Positions 1 through 14,321 are shown, numbered from the stretch's first letter. The stretch is 64,000 bases of DNA from an uncultured Syntrophomonadaceae bacterium (GCA_964390725.1 CAYMIW010000005.1:29709-93708); one strand, 5' to 3'. The notes: a model not told the origin generated them from the sequence alone. A program made the numbers and translations.

Positions 1-1
1 A

Positions 2-130
2 CCATTCGTTGTCGCAACCGGGGGCTTTGCAGGAATGATTGCCCGTGAATCAGAAACTATCCAGGAGGTTAATCCGCTTCTGACCCTGGAAGGATTGCGC
101 ATTATCAACCAGATGAACCAGAAAAGTTAA
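2..130 (+). CDS. coaX: Type III pantothenate kinase, C-terminal fragment (runs off the left edge)
   Basis: Frame 2 reads [47 protein letters not shown] and P.LTLEGL are typical of the CoaX C-terminus. Confidence 0.85.
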   Translation, partial: PFVVATGGFAGMIARESETIQEVNPLLTLEGLRIINQMNQKS

Positions 131-139
131 GGAGAGGAT

Positions 140-346
140 ATGATGTTTGGTTTTGCTAATGTTTTAATGATTCCCCTTATCGTAGCGATTGTTGTTTTGT
201 TCATGTCATTTTTACTCCAATGGTTGTGGAATATAACCATACCTGAATTGTTCAGCGTAAAAGAGTTATCTTACTGGCAAGCATTTCGATTGATTATAAT
301 AGCATCCATTTTGTTTGGTGGAGCAGGCTTTCGTTTAATAAGCTAG
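140..346 (+). CDS. Small hydrophobic membrane protein of unknown function (68 aa)
   Basis: AGGAGAGG RBS directly after the coaX stop; two hydrophobic segments around LQWLWN...YWQAFRL. Confidence 0.75.
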   Translation: MMFGFANVLMIPLIVAIVVLFMSFLLQWLWNITIPELFSVKELSYWQAFRLIIIASILFGGAGFRLIS

Positions 347-487
347 TTATATGGCTTGTTTCTCATTTTGGCATTATTGCTGTTTTTGCTTTTGCACTGG
401 GAATTCCTGATTTTTCAAGGCAGATTATAAACCTGTATATTCAATAACAGTTTATATTGTTCTATTGGTAGAACAGGAGGGTTATTT

Positions 488-1303
488 TTGAAAATAGGGT
501 TGGCTTTGGGTGGTGGAGCGGCAAGGGGAATTGCTCATATCGGTGTGTTAAAATATCTCGAAGATCGGGGCGTTGTTCCCTGTTGTGTGGCCGGGACAAG
601 CGCAGGCAGTATTGTCGGGTCACTCTATTGTTCTGGTAAAACTCCTGATGAATTAATCAAAATTGCCAAATCTATATCCTGGAAAGATCTTGTGAAAATA
701 ACTATTCCCAAGAAAGGGTTGATCAATTCCAGTTTAATTCTAGATATAGTCAGTGAATATCTTGGCGAAATCGATTTTAAAGATCTGAAGATTCCCCTTA
801 AAGTAAATGCGGTAGACCTGCTCAGCGGCGATGAAATAGTTATTACCGAGGGGTCGGTCGCAGAATCAGTTCAGGCAAGCTGTGCCATTCCCGGAATTTT
901 TACACCGGTAAAAAAAGATAAGTATTTCTTTGTGGACGGCGGGTTACTGGACAATGTCCCGGTAACTACCATGTTGGATGAAGATTTGGATTACATCATA
1001 GCAGTAGACGTAGGTTCACAGAAACCCTTTGAAAAGGAACCATCAAGTATATTTGAAATACTCATGCAGTCATTTGACATTGTCAGGCGGCATAGGGATA
1101 TACCGGCTCATAAGCATGCAGATGTAATGATTGCCCCTGACCTTGGGGATATCAGTTTGTGGGATGTAACTAAAACAGATATCCTGGTTAACAAAGGTTA
1201 TAAAGAGGCAGAAGAAAAGTTAAGCGGGGTGGACCTGGGGAAAAAGCAGGGTAAATTCCAGAAATGGTTAAGAAACCGTAAAAAAAATAAAAAGGAACAA
1301 TAA
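488..1303 (+). CDS. Patatin-like phospholipase/esterase (RssA/NTE family)
   Basis: GGGAARG oxyanion loop, GTSAG nucleophile and DGG catalytic Asp motifs; GGAGG RBS, TTG start. Confidence 0.92.
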   Translation: MKIGLALGGGAARGIAHIGVLKYLEDRGVVPCCVAGTSAGSIVGSLYCSGKTPDELIKIAKSISWKDLVKITIPKKGLINSSLILDIVSEYLGEIDFKDLKIPLKVNAVDLLSGDEIVITEGSVAESVQASCAIPGIFTPVKKDKYFFVDGGLLDNVPVTTMLDEDLDYIIAVDVGSQKPFEKEPSSIFEILMQSFDIVRRHRDIPAHKHADVMIAPDLGDISLWDVTKTDILVNKGYKEAEEKLSGVDLGKKQGKFQKWLRNRKKNKKEQ

Positions 1304-1310
1304 AGATTAT

Positions 1311-1931
1311 ATGCTTAATTGCCACGATACAATTTTACAGAGGCGCAGCATTAGGAAGTTTAAAGAACGGCCTGTACCGGAAGAATACATTGAAATAATG
1401 CTTGAAGCAGCCAGGCAGGCTCCTTCGGGTACTAATCGTCAACCCTGGCGATTTGTTATAATCCGGGAAGAAGAAAAAGAAGCTATTGCCCCGGCTGTAG
1501 TGCAACCTTTTGTTCTCCAGGCCCCGGTTGTATTTATATGTTGTCTGGACCACAAAGCGTATATCCGTGAACTAACCGAGCAGAGACTGCTTGAATTGGT
1601 TGAAGCCAGGGTGGTAGACAAAAAAGCTGCTGAGGTAATCTACAATAGAAAAATACCCGCTGCTGTTGATGATGTAATTTTACCGCCTTCGGCTTTTATC
1701 GATCTTGGTATTGCGGTTGAACATATGGTTCTTACCGCTACTGCTTTGGGGTTGGGAAGTTGCTGGGTTCGCCTTGTTGATACAACAATGCTGCACCGGT
1801 TGCTTTCTCTGCCGGATAATATAGAAGTAGTTGCGCTTCTGCCGGTTGGATTTCCCGACCAATCACCCCGGCCCCGCCCGCGTTTAAATCGCAATGATAT
1901 TATTATTCAGGCTAAGATTAACAACCAATAA
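1311..1931 (+). CDS. Nitroreductase family protein
   Basis: RRSIRKF, APSGTNRQPWRF and LGLGSCW motifs. Confidence 0.92.
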   Translation: MLNCHDTILQRRSIRKFKERPVPEEYIEIMLEAARQAPSGTNRQPWRFVIIREEEKEAIAPAVVQPFVLQAPVVFICCLDHKAYIRELTEQRLLELVEARVVDKKAAEVIYNRKIPAAVDDVILPPSAFIDLGIAVEHMVLTATALGLGSCWVRLVDTTMLHRLLSLPDNIEVVALLPVGFPDQSPRPRPRLNRNDIIIQAKINNQ

Positions 1932-1958
1932 AGTCAGATACATTGCCCGGAGTATAAC

Positions 1959-1999
1959 AAAAAAAGGCAGGGAGTTAAAACAACACTCCCTGCCTTTTA
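1959..1999. terminator. Bidirectional rho-independent terminator
   Basis: AAAAGGCAGGGAGT / ACTCCCTGCCTTTT inverted repeat with A/T tails between convergent genes. Confidence 0.85.
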
Positions 2000-2031
2000 T
2001 AATTAGCTGAATAAGTATCTGGCGTTACGTG

Positions 2032-5619
<3,588 letters not shown>

Positions 5620-5635
5620 TTATAATTGCTTTCTA

Positions 5636-5664
5636 ATATTATCACTTTGACTGATTTGTGACAA
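5636..5664 (-). promoter_or_regulatory. Putative sigma-A promoter for PFOR
   Basis: Minus strand TTGTCA-N17-TAATAT with an upstream TG, about 75 nt before the start codon. Confidence 0.45.
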
Positions 5665-5826
5665 GCTTGCCGGCCGGTATCAAGTCAACAGGGTAAAGTT
5701 GACTGTTCCCCCTCCAGAATTATTAATAGCACCCCCGGATTATTGAACCGGCTGAAGATTAACCTGTTCCAGAACTTGTTCCGGACAAAACAATATGATA
5801 TATCTGATCTGAGGTGATTATCAGGT

Positions 5827-7023
5827 ATGACAAACAAAAATAAGATAGAACGGGTAAGCAGTTATAAGGATTTCAGTATTAACCTGCCCACAAAAATTGA
5901 GATGGGAAATGGAATCCTGAACAAAGTTGGGGAACTGTGCCGGGAAATATGCAGCGGCAATAAAGTTTTTATAATCAGTGACCCTGTGCTTGAAGAAACA
6001 GGTATTCCTGGCAGGGTAAAAAAAATACTGGAGGAAAACCATTTTTACTGTACTCAATATACACAGGTAGAACCGAACCCCAAGGATGTTGATTGTGAAG
6101 CAGGAGGAGAAGCAATACAGTCCTTCGGTGCAGATATTATTTTGGCGGTAGGTGGAGGGTCAGTGATTGATTCTGCAAAAGCGATTGCCCTTTTACAGGC
6201 CCATGGAGGGATTTTAAAGGATTACGAGGGGAAAGGAAAGGTTACCAGGCCGCTTATTCCTATCGTAGCGATTCCAACTACAGCAGGAACCGGATCGGAA
6301 GTAACAAGATCAGCAGTGATAACAGATAAAGCAAGATCTTTCAAGATGACTGTAAAAGATCTTATGCTGGCCCCGGCGTTGGCCATTATCGATCCGGAAA
6401 CCACCTATTCTCTCCCCCCTGGCTTAACTGCTTCAACAGGAATGGATGCCCTGGTTCATGCCCTGGAAGCATACACCTGCCGCCTGTCTAACCCATTTGT
6501 TGAAATGCTGGCTGAAAAAGCGATGAAATTAATTTTCCCGGCACTTCCCCGGGTAGTAAAGAACGGTAATGATCGTGAAGGACGTTATCAGATGATGCAT
6601 GGTTCTCTCCTGGCAGGGCTGGCTTTTTCACATGCTGATGTTGCAGCAATTCACTGTATGGCAGAAGCACTGGGGGGGTTATACGATATACCGCATGGAG
6701 TGGCTAATTCAATTTTTTTACCGATTGTTTCTGATTATAATGCGCGGGAATGCCCTGAAAAATATGCCTTGGCTGCCGGAATTTGTGGATTACCGGTAAA
6801 AGGCCTTAATAACACAAAGGCGGCAGAGTTATTTGTAAACGTACTGACCGGAATGGCTAAAGATATTGGCATCCCCCGCCTGGCTGATTTTCAGCAGGTT
6901 AATCCGGATCATTTTCCCCGCCTGGCGGCAGCTGCCCTGGCTAATGGCTCAACTCCCAGCAATTGCCGTGTTATCGGTAAAAGTGATTATCTTGACTTGT
7001 TCGAAGCGGCATACGCCCTTTAA
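5827..7023 (+). CDS. Iron-containing alcohol dehydrogenase
   Basis: GGGSVID, PTTAGTGSE, DALVHALE, H...AEALGG and HGVAN motifs. Confidence 0.93.
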   Translation: MTNKNKIERVSSYKDFSINLPTKIEMGNGILNKVGELCREICSGNKVFIISDPVLEETGIPGRVKKILEENHFYCTQYTQVEPNPKDVDCEAGGEAIQSFGADIILAVGGGSVIDSAKAIALLQAHGGILKDYEGKGKVTRPLIPIVAIPTTAGTGSEVTRSAVITDKARSFKMTVKDLMLAPALAIIDPETTYSLPPGLTASTGMDALVHALEAYTCRLSNPFVEMLAEKAMKLIFPALPRVVKNGNDREGRYQMMHGSLLAGLAFSHADVAAIHCMAEALGGLYDIPHGVANSIFLPIVSDYNARECPEKYALAAGICGLPVKGLNNTKAAELFVNVLTGMAKDIGIPRLADFQQVNPDHFPRLAAAALANGSTPSNCRVIGKSDYLDLFEAAYAL

Positions 7024-7111
7024 AATCTATTAATGTTCCCAAAGATAAAAGAAACTCCTGAGAATCTTTATATCGGGGAAGTTGCTAATTTTAATATGTT
7101 AAAATAGGAAT

Positions 7112-7852
7112 ATGATGAAAGAATCTGAAAGCTTCAGACAGCGTGTTATCCTTGTTGTTGAGGATGAAGAAGACATTGTCAGGCTGCTGACTTTTCACCT
7201 GGAGAAAGAAGGATACAGGGTTATAAGTGCTGCCAGCGGGGCAGAGGCTATAAACACTGCTTTCAATGATGTACCCGACCTGGTTATCCTTGATATTATG
7301 CTTCCTGAGATGGACGGACTGGAAGTCTGCCGCAGGTTGCGAGGCAGTTCGACCACTGCCTCCGTGCCGGTAATGTTCTTATCTGCCCGTAAGGAAGAGT
7401 TTGACAAGGTACTGGGTCTTGAGCTCGGTGCCGACGACTACATGGTGAAACCTTTCAGTGTGCGTGAACTGGTGGCCAGGGTCAGGGCAATAATCAGGCG
7501 CCTTGATTATAGTGCTCCGGCACGATCGAACGATCAAACGAAAACGGAAGAAGTTTTAGTAAGAGGTAATGTTGAGTTGTATCCTGAAAGGCACCTGGTG
7601 ACAGTTGGTGGTACAGAAAAAGTGTTGACCCATAAAGAGTTTCTTCTTTTGCAGCTTTTGATGACTAATGCAGGTAAAGTACTAACCCGCGAGCTGCTGC
7701 TCGACAGGGTGTGGGGGTATGAGGTTGAAATAGATACCCGTACTGTAGATGTTCATATGCGTTATTTGCGTCAAAAGATTGAGGAAAATCCTGCCAGGCC
7801 GCGTTACCTGGAAACAGTTCGCGGAGTTGGATATCGTTTTGCAGATAACTAA
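7112..7852 (+). CDS. phoP: OmpR-family phosphate-regulon response regulator PhoP/PhoB
   Basis: REC domain (LDIMLP) plus winged-helix domain (TRTVDVH...ETVRGVGY); lies upstream of phoR and pst. Confidence 0.88.
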   Translation: MMKESESFRQRVILVVEDEEDIVRLLTFHLEKEGYRVISAASGAEAINTAFNDVPDLVILDIMLPEMDGLEVCRRLRGSSTTASVPVMFLSARKEEFDKVLGLELGADDYMVKPFSVRELVARVRAIIRRLDYSAPARSNDQTKTEEVLVRGNVELYPERHLVTVGGTEKVLTHKEFLLLQLLMTNAGKVLTRELLLDRVWGYEVEIDTRTVDVHMRYLRQKIEENPARPRYLETVRGVGYRFADN

Positions 7853-7919
7853 TTAATTTAACTCATTGCCGGGTGTCAGTCAGCAATTTCAATTAATATG
7901 CAGGGTTGGAGGATTACTT

Positions 7920-9701
7920 TTGGTCAGGGGTATACGAAAACGGGTAGTAGCTAATTATCTGCTGGTTATAGCCGTTACAGTATTGCTGATGGGGGCTTTA
8001 TTTATATGGTTTTTAAACTATTCTTACATGAATACTTTACGGGATAATCTTTTCATCCAGGCCAGGCTGACTGTTGCCCTGGTTGAGGAAATGAATGAAC
8101 GAGGGGCTTCCCTGGATGAAATTGACCGGGTCTGTAAAAGCCTTGGTGAAGAGATCGGGGTGAGAATAACTTATATTGATGTTGATGGTACTGTTCTTGC
8201 CGATTCTGCCGAAAGCCCGGCCCTGATGGAAAATCACGGCTCCCGGCCTGAGGTTGTTGAGGCCCTGTCAGGTTTTAGGGGTTTTAAAGTGCGTTATAGC
8301 GCAACTTTGGATGAGCATATGCTATACCTGGCGGTTCCAGTAAAGGAAAACAATCTTGATCAAGGGTTGGATGAAAGTGGAGTTATTCGCCTTTCCCTGC
8401 CCCTGGTCGCTATCAATAAAGCAGTTTCCGATCTTGTTCTATACATTATTGCCGCTCTGCTTCTCTCTTCACTGGCAGCGTTAATCGCTTCCTATTTTAT
8501 ATCTTCAGGTATAACCGGACCAATTCTAAAGATCAGCAAAGCATCAAAAGCAATAGCTAAAGGCGATTATTACCCTTCCCTGGAAGTTAAGGGAAATGAT
8601 GAACTCGTCGATCTTGCATTAAATATCAGGGAAATGGGAAAAGCACTTGATCAAAAAATCGAGCAAGTGATCAGGGAAAAGAATAAGTTGGAATCCGTGG
8701 TATCTTCCATGGACAGTGGAATAATTTTTTTGGACAGCAAGCTCAGGGTTGAGCTGATTAATCCAGCAGCGGAAAACCTGTTTGAAGTAGAACGTAACAA
8801 GGTTATTGGCAGCCCCGTGCGGAATATTATCCGTTATTATGCCCTTTATGAAAACCTTAAAGCAGCCTGTGCGGATGGTAAACCGCGGGTATTGGAAATG
8901 AATCTTTATTATCCAAGAAATGCTTTTATTGAGACTTACATAAGGCCTATTCCCGAGAACAGTGTCCCGGCAATAAGTATTCTCCTTTTATTTCACGAGG
9001 TCAGTCACTTGCGTTCAGTGGAAAAGATGCGCAGTGATTTTGTAGCTAATGTTTCCCATGAATTGCGCACACCCCTGACCACTGTTCGTGGCTATACGGA
9101 AACCATATTGAATGAGAAGCTTTCCGGGGAGCAGCTTGAAGAATTCTTAGTAATTATTGAGCGCGAAACAAAAAGATTATCCAGCCTTATTGATGACTTG
9201 CTTGATCTGTCTAAAATTGAAAATGAAAAAGCATATGTAAAGAAATATAAAATTAAACTTACTGATGTAATCTCCGCAGCTATAGGGAGAGTCAATAGTT
9301 TGGAAGAAGGAAAAAAGATTGTTATTGAGGGTAATTTCAGCGATTCTTCCCTCCAGGTAATGGGCAACAGGGAATGGCTTTGCCAGGCCGTGGTAAATAT
9401 CCTTGAAAACAGCATTAAATATGGATCTAAAGAAGGACGAATCACGATCAATATTTACCCTGAAAAAAGTATGGCTGTTACTGAAATTATTGATAACGGA
9501 CCGGGCATTCCCGAAGCGGATCTGCCTTATGTATTTGAGCGTTTTTACAGGGTTGACAAGGGTCGCTCGCGAAAAAGCGGAGGAACCGGTCTGGGCCTTT
9601 CGATAGTTAAACATATCATGGAAGCCCATGAAGCTGATTATACCCTGGAAAGTAATGAAGAAACAGGCACAAGATTTTGTTTTAAACTTCCCCGCATTTG
9701 A
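7920..9701 (+). CDS. phoR: Phosphate-regulon sensor histidine kinase (HAMP-PAS-HisKA-HATPase); likely TTG start at 7920 rather than 7866
   Basis: MENH..RPEV extracellular motif, FVANVSHELRTPLT H-box, FERFYRVDKGRSR..GGTGLGL; GGAGG RBS before the TTG at 7920. Confidence 0.9.
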   Translation: MVRGIRKRVVANYLLVIAVTVLLMGALFIWFLNYSYMNTLRDNLFIQARLTVALVEEMNERGASLDEIDRVCKSLGEEIGVRITYIDVDGTVLADSAESPALMENHGSRPEVVEALSGFRGFKVRYSATLDEHMLYLAVPVKENNLDQGLDESGVIRLSLPLVAINKAVSDLVLYIIAALLLSSLAALIASYFISSGITGPILKISKASKAIAKGDYYPSLEVKGNDELVDLALNIREMGKALDQKIEQVIREKNKLESVVSSMDSGIIFLDSKLRVELINPAAENLFEVERNKVIGSPVRNIIRYYALYENLKAACADGKPRVLEMNLYYPRNAFIETYIRPIPENSVPAISILLLFHEVSHLRSVEKMRSDFVANVSHELRTPLTTVRGYTETILNEKLSGEQLEEFLVIIERETKRLSSLIDDLLDLSKIENEKAYVKKYKIKLTDVISAAIGRVNSLEEGKKIVIEGNFSDSSLQVMGNREWLCQAVVNILENSIKYGSKEGRITINIYPEKSMAVTEIIDNGPGIPEADLPYVFERFYRVDKGRSRKSGGTGLGLSIVKHIMEAHEADYTLESNEETGTRFCFKLPRI

Positions 9702-9735
9702 TTTTATCCATCAGAAATAATCCTTTTTATCACCC

Positions 9736-9803
9736 ATTTAACAATAATTCATATTTAACCTGGATTTAACCTGGATTTAACTTCACTTTCCTTTTGATTT
9801 AAC
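9736..9803 (+). promoter_or_regulatory. Pho box: ATTTAAC direct repeats with 11-bp periodicity
   Basis: ATTTAAC at 9753, 9764, 9775 and 9797 (spacings 11, 11, 22), plus one off-phase copy at 9736, directly upstream of pstS. Confidence 0.85.
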
Positions 9804-9851
9804 CTCAATCATTTATTCTGAACCTGCTTAACAAATTATTTTAGGAGGAAA

Positions 9852-10814
9852 ATGATGAAACAGGTCAAGCAGTTAACTCTATTTGGATTGGTATTGCTGG
9901 TTTTTATTATGCTTGTAACTGGTTGCGGTGGTCAGCAGGCAGTTGAAACTCCTGACAGTGGTGACAGCAGCCAGACGGATAATGTGAATAATGAAACAGA
10001 AGCAATTGAGGGAACAATTATGATTGCCGGCTCAGATTCCGAGGTTAATCTGGTTACAAGGCTGGCAGAAGAATATATGAATGCCAACCCCAATGTGTCA
10101 ATTGCAGTTACCGGGGGAGGTTCCGGAGTTGGAATTTCTTCATTAATTGATGGTGATATTGATATAGCGAACTCGTCACGCCCGATGAAAGATGAAGAAA
10201 TTGAAGCACTTAAGGCAAACCAGGGTCAAGACGTATACGCGGTTCGTTTTGCAGTAGACGGGGTTGCCGTGGTGGTTAATGGCAATAACCCTGTCGCTGA
10301 ACTTACTGTTGATCAGGTCGGTGCTATTTACCGCGGAGAAATTACTAACTGGACTGAAGTAGGTGGAGATAATTTGCCTATAACCCTTTATGGCCGTCAG
10401 AGTACCTCCGGAACCTATGTTTTCTTTATGGAACTGGTTGTGCAAGCTGACTACTCTCCGGAAATGCGTAACCTGGCCGGTACATCTGATATTGTTGAAG
10501 CCGTAGCCGGTGATGCCGGGGGTATTGGATATGCTGCCATAGGCTATGCCGATCGTGATGGAATAAAAGCCTTAAACATTGCAGGATCCGAAGGTGCCGA
10601 AGCTTATAATCCAACAGTTCTTGAGAATGTAACAAGCGGGAACTACCCATTAACCCGACCTCTATACCAGTTTGTAGCGGGTAAACCATCGGGAGCAATT
10701 CTTGATTTTTTCCTTTTTGAAACCGGTGCAGCAGGCGAGACAATTGTTCTGGAAGAAGGGTTTTATCCGATTACAGCTGCTGATATTGATTTTAACAAGG
10801 CTGCCCTGGAGTAG
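9852..10814 (+). CDS. pstS: Phosphate ABC transporter substrate-binding lipoprotein
   Basis: Lipobox LVTGC; GSD, GGGSGVG, SSR, R...SGT and YPLTRPLY motifs. Confidence 0.95.
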   Translation: MMKQVKQLTLFGLVLLVFIMLVTGCGGQQAVETPDSGDSSQTDNVNNETEAIEGTIMIAGSDSEVNLVTRLAEEYMNANPNVSIAVTGGGSGVGISSLIDGDIDIANSSRPMKDEEIEALKANQGQDVYAVRFAVDGVAVVVNGNNPVAELTVDQVGAIYRGEITNWTEVGGDNLPITLYGRQSTSGTYVFFMELVVQADYSPEMRNLAGTSDIVEAVAGDAGGIGYAAIGYADRDGIKALNIAGSEGAEAYNPTVLENVTSGNYPLTRPLYQFVAGKPSGAILDFFLFETGAAGETIVLEEGFYPITAADIDFNKAALE

Positions 10815-10949
10815 AAAAACTTCCTGTATAAGGGAGTCCTTTATTATATGGCAAACCCTGTGCCCTGCATTTATGAATAATGACGGGGCGCAGGGTGCAT
10901 TAATTACCGGTGCTCGGGCAAATCGGGACCTTCAGAAAGGAGAATTGCT

Positions 10950-11828
10950 TTGCATTCCCGGACCGAAACAATAATGAGAGTAATATTTTGGGCAAGTGGT
11001 ATTGCGATAATTGTTTTTTTAATTGGCATTCTATTTACACTGCTTTCAAATAGTATCCCCGCTTTGGGTGAAATCGGGATCAAACCTTTCTTTGCCCCGG
11101 GTTTGTGGAGACCAGGTGCCTATGGTGAACCAACTTATAGCATTAATAATTTTATTATGGGGACTTTCATGGTTACTGCCGGTGCTCTTGTCTTTGCAGT
11201 TCCGTTAGGGGTTGCAGCAGCGGCTTATCTGGCCGAGATAGCATCTCCCTGGGAAAGGGAATTTTTTAAGCCGATAGTGGAAGTGCTGGCCGGTATCCCC
11301 TCTGTTGTTCTCGGTTTTATCGGGCTGGTTGTTCTTGCTCCGCTGATTGCCAGGGTGTTTGGTGTACCGAGCGGTATAAATGCTTTAAACGGGGCGATAT
11401 TAGTCGGAATTATGGCTTTGCCTACTATTATAACCCTGGCAGAGGATGCGATAACAGCAGTTCCCAGGGAGTACAGGCACGCTTCTCTGGCTTTGGGAGG
11501 GACCCGCTGGCAAACAATCTGGAAAGTAACAATTCCCGCAGCTTTCTCCGGTATTATTGCCGCCGCAATGCTGGGTATGGGCAGGGCTATAGGTGAGACG
11601 ATGACAGTATTGATGGTAACCGGTAATATGATTGCCCGGCCTTCATCATTTCTAGATTCAGTAAGGACATTAAGTGCTGCGGTAGCAATAGATATTGGCG
11701 ATGTTGTTTTTGGATCGGTTCATTTTCATGCCCTTTTTGTCGTCGGGCTGGTACTGTTTATAATTACATTTATCGTTAATCTGTTGGCCGATATTTTGAT
11801 CCATCGCAAGCCGGAGGTGAACAAATGA
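10950..11828 (+). CDS. pstC: Phosphate ABC transporter permease PstC
   Basis: LAGIPSVV and GRAIGETM motifs; position in the operon. Confidence 0.95.
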   Translation: MHSRTETIMRVIFWASGIAIIVFLIGILFTLLSNSIPALGEIGIKPFFAPGLWRPGAYGEPTYSINNFIMGTFMVTAGALVFAVPLGVAAAAYLAEIASPWEREFFKPIVEVLAGIPSVVLGFIGLVVLAPLIARVFGVPSGINALNGAILVGIMALPTIITLAEDAITAVPREYRHASLALGGTRWQTIWKVTIPAAFSGIIAAAMLGMGRAIGETMTVLMVTGNMIARPSSFLDSVRTLSAAVAIDIGDVVFGSVHFHALFVVGLVLFIITFIVNLLADILIHRKPEVNK

Positions 11829-12712
11829 AAAATATCACTTCAAAAAGCAGGGTCCGGGAATGGCGCGGTTCCGAGGTTATTGGTTACTGGTTGCTCAGGC
11901 TTTCTCTTCTCCTGGTATTGATCATTCTCGGCTTGATATTATTTGATATCGTGATCAAGGGGGCAGGGGTTATTAATTGGGAATTTATAACATCTTCCCC
12001 GAGAAGCGGTATGACCGAGGGTGGAATTTTCCCGGCCCTGGTGGGTACTGTTTATGTGACTATTATTACTATTGCTTTTGCCGTGCCACTGGGAGTAGCA
12101 GCAGCAATTTATCTCAATGAGTATGCTCTCCAGGGGCGTTTTACCAGGTTGATCAGATTGTCCCTGCGCAACCTGGCCGGGGTGCCGTCGATAGTATTTG
12201 GTTTATTCGGTATGGCCGTTTTTGTAAAAATGTTTGGTTTTGGTCCTTCCCTGATAGCTGCAGGTTTTACACTGGGCTTACTGACACTGCCGGTTACGGT
12301 AACTGCTGCAGAAGAAGCGCTGATTACGGTTCCCCGTGCTTATCGGGCCGGAGCGTTCGCCCTGGGGGCAACAAGGTGGCAGGTGGTTCGTTCAGTAGTG
12401 CTGCCAAGGGCAATTCCCGGTATACTGACCGGGACGATACTCGGTCTAGCCAGGGCTGCCGGGGAAACAGCACCCATATTGGCAACAGGGGCAGCATTCT
12501 TTTTGCCTTTCCTGCCCGATTCGGTAAAAAGCCAGTTTATGGCCCTGCCCTACCATCTCTTTATCATGTCAACCCAGCATCATAATTTAGCAGTAGTGCG
12601 CCCGATAGCATATGGAACTGCCCTGGTGCTTGTAGTTCTCGTTTGCATGCTCAACCTGGTCGCTGTTCTGTTGAGAAAGAGATACCGGGGTAGAGTTGAA
12701 AAAGGGTTGTAG
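11825..12712 (+). CDS. pstA: Phosphate ABC transporter permease PstA
   Basis: LAGVPSIVFG and ARAAGETAP motifs; ATGA overlap with pstC. Confidence 0.95.
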   Translation: MKNITSKSRVREWRGSEVIGYWLLRLSLLLVLIILGLILFDIVIKGAGVINWEFITSSPRSGMTEGGIFPALVGTVYVTIITIAFAVPLGVAAAIYLNEYALQGRFTRLIRLSLRNLAGVPSIVFGLFGMAVFVKMFGFGPSLIAAGFTLGLLTLPVTVTAAEEALITVPRAYRAGAFALGATRWQVVRSVVLPRAIPGILTGTILGLARAAGETAPILATGAAFFLPFLPDSVKSQFMALPYHLFIMSTQHHNLAVVRPIAYGTALVLVVLVCMLNLVAVLLRKRYRGRVEKGL

Positions 12713-12768
12713 GGTAGAAAGTGTAACGGATATACATATATAAGAAATAAGGCGTAAGGAGACATAAT

Positions 12769-13617
12769 ATGCAAATATTTAATATGGGAATCAGCAGTGC
12801 AAGTAGCTTGGGAAAAGATGCGGTCCTCCAGTCGAAGGTTTTAATGGATGAAAGCGTCAGCGCTAATTGCGAGGTAAGGGTTGAACATCTGAATTTCTTT
12901 TATGGATCTAAACAGGCCCTTTTTGATGTCAGCATTGAAATTAAAGAAAAAGGGGTTGCTGCCCTGATTGGGCCTTCCGGTTGCGGCAAGTCAACTTTCC
13001 TCCGGGTTTTAAACCGTATGAACGATTTAATATCAGGAACAAGGATGGAAGGCAGTATAACAATTCATAACCAGGATATTTATTCTCCCGGTGTGGATGT
13101 GGTGGAGCTGCGTAAAAAAGTAGGTATGGTTTTTCAACAACCAAATCCTTTTCCCAAAAGTATTTACGATAATATAGCCTATGGTCCTAGAATCCATGGA
13201 GTTAAAAATAGGAGACAGCTCGATCAGGTCGTTGAGGAAAGTCTCAGGGGAGGTGCTCTATGGGATGAAGTAAAAGACAGGCTTTACGAGCCGGCTTTGG
13301 CTTTATCCGGTGGACAGCAGCAGCGGCTTTGCATTGCCCGGGCCCTGGCGGTCCAGCCAAGAGTTCTCCTGATGGACGAACCAACATCAGCTGTGGATCC
13401 AATTGCTACCCAGAGAATTGAGGATTTGATCAGGGATCTCTGTCAGGACTATACAATTATAATTGTTACTCATAACATGCAGCAGGCAGCCCGTATATCA
13501 GATAACACGGGATTTTTTCTACAGGGCGAAATGGTTGAATGGGCAAAAACATCAAAAATATTTACCAAGCCCGAAGATCAACGGACTGAAGACTATATCA
13601 CCGGGCGTTTCGGATAA
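12769..13617 (+). CDS. pstB: Phosphate ABC transporter ATP-binding protein
   Basis: [32 protein letters not shown] and the C-terminal YITGRFG. Confidence 0.97.
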   Translation: MQIFNMGISSASSLGKDAVLQSKVLMDESVSANCEVRVEHLNFFYGSKQALFDVSIEIKEKGVAALIGPSGCGKSTFLRVLNRMNDLISGTRMEGSITIHNQDIYSPGVDVVELRKKVGMVFQQPNPFPKSIYDNIAYGPRIHGVKNRRQLDQVVEESLRGGALWDEVKDRLYEPALALSGGQQQRLCIARALAVQPRVLLMDEPTSAVDPIATQRIEDLIRDLCQDYTIIIVTHNMQQAARISDNTGFFLQGEMVEWAKTSKIFTKPEDQRTEDYITGRFG

Positions 13618-13643
13618 ACCCGGCAAAAGGAGATAGGCTAAAT

Positions 13644-14321
13644 ATGGATAGAAGTGAATATACAGAAAAAAAGGTTGTTTTTGAAGAAAAAATGGCCTGG
13701 TTGCAGGAAAAATTGCAGCAAATGGGCAGCCTGGTGGAAGAAGCGATCGCCCGGTCTATTGAGGCCTTGAAAAGCCAGGATCTTGACCTGGCCCGGGATG
13801 TAATCGATGGAGATGATATTATAGACGATCTTGAACACGAGATTGAGGAAAAAGTGCTTGAAGTTATAGCAACGCAACAGCCCATGGCCAGGGATTTGCG
13901 ACGAGTGGCTACTTTATTTAAGATGATTAACGATCTTGAAAGAATGGCAGATTATGCGACTGGCATAGCCAAAACCACCCTGCGAATTGGCCATCAGCCC
14001 CTGATAAAGCCCCTGGTAGATATTCCGCGGATGGCCGGCCTAAGTCAGAAGATGGTTAAACAAGCTCTTGATGCCTATGTTCGTGAAGATATACAGTTGG
14101 CAGAAGATGTTGGTAAAGATGATGATCAGGTAGATAAACTGTTCGGGCAGATCTTTCGTGAACTGCTAACCATTATGATGGAAAATCCCAGGACCATAAC
14201 CCAGGCTACGCAGCTTTTATTTGTTGGCCGCTGGCTTGAAAGGATTTCTGATCATGCCACGAATATTGCTGAAGAGGTAATATTCCTGGTAACAGGTGAA
14301 AAAAGAAATCTGAATGAATAG
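13644..14321 (+). CDS. phoU: Phosphate signalling protein PhoU
   Basis: QQPMARDLR, LERMADY and LERISDHATNIAE motifs. Confidence 0.96.
   Translation: MDRSEYTEKKVVFEEKMAWLQEKLQQMGSLVEEAIARSIEALKSQDLDLARDVIDGDDIIDDLEHEIEEKVLEVIATQQPMARDLRRVATLFKMINDLERMADYATGIAKTTLRIGHQPLIKPLVDIPRMAGLSQKMVKQALDAYVREDIQLAEDVGKDDDQVDKLFGQIFRELLTIMMENPRTITQATQLLFVGRWLERISDHATNIAEEVIFLVTGEKRNLNE

Noticed and set aside
9753-9781. Tandem ATTTAACCTGG repeats as a CRISPR array or VNTR
   Set aside because: The unit is only 11 bp with no unique spacers and no cas genes; position and phase fit a Pho box.
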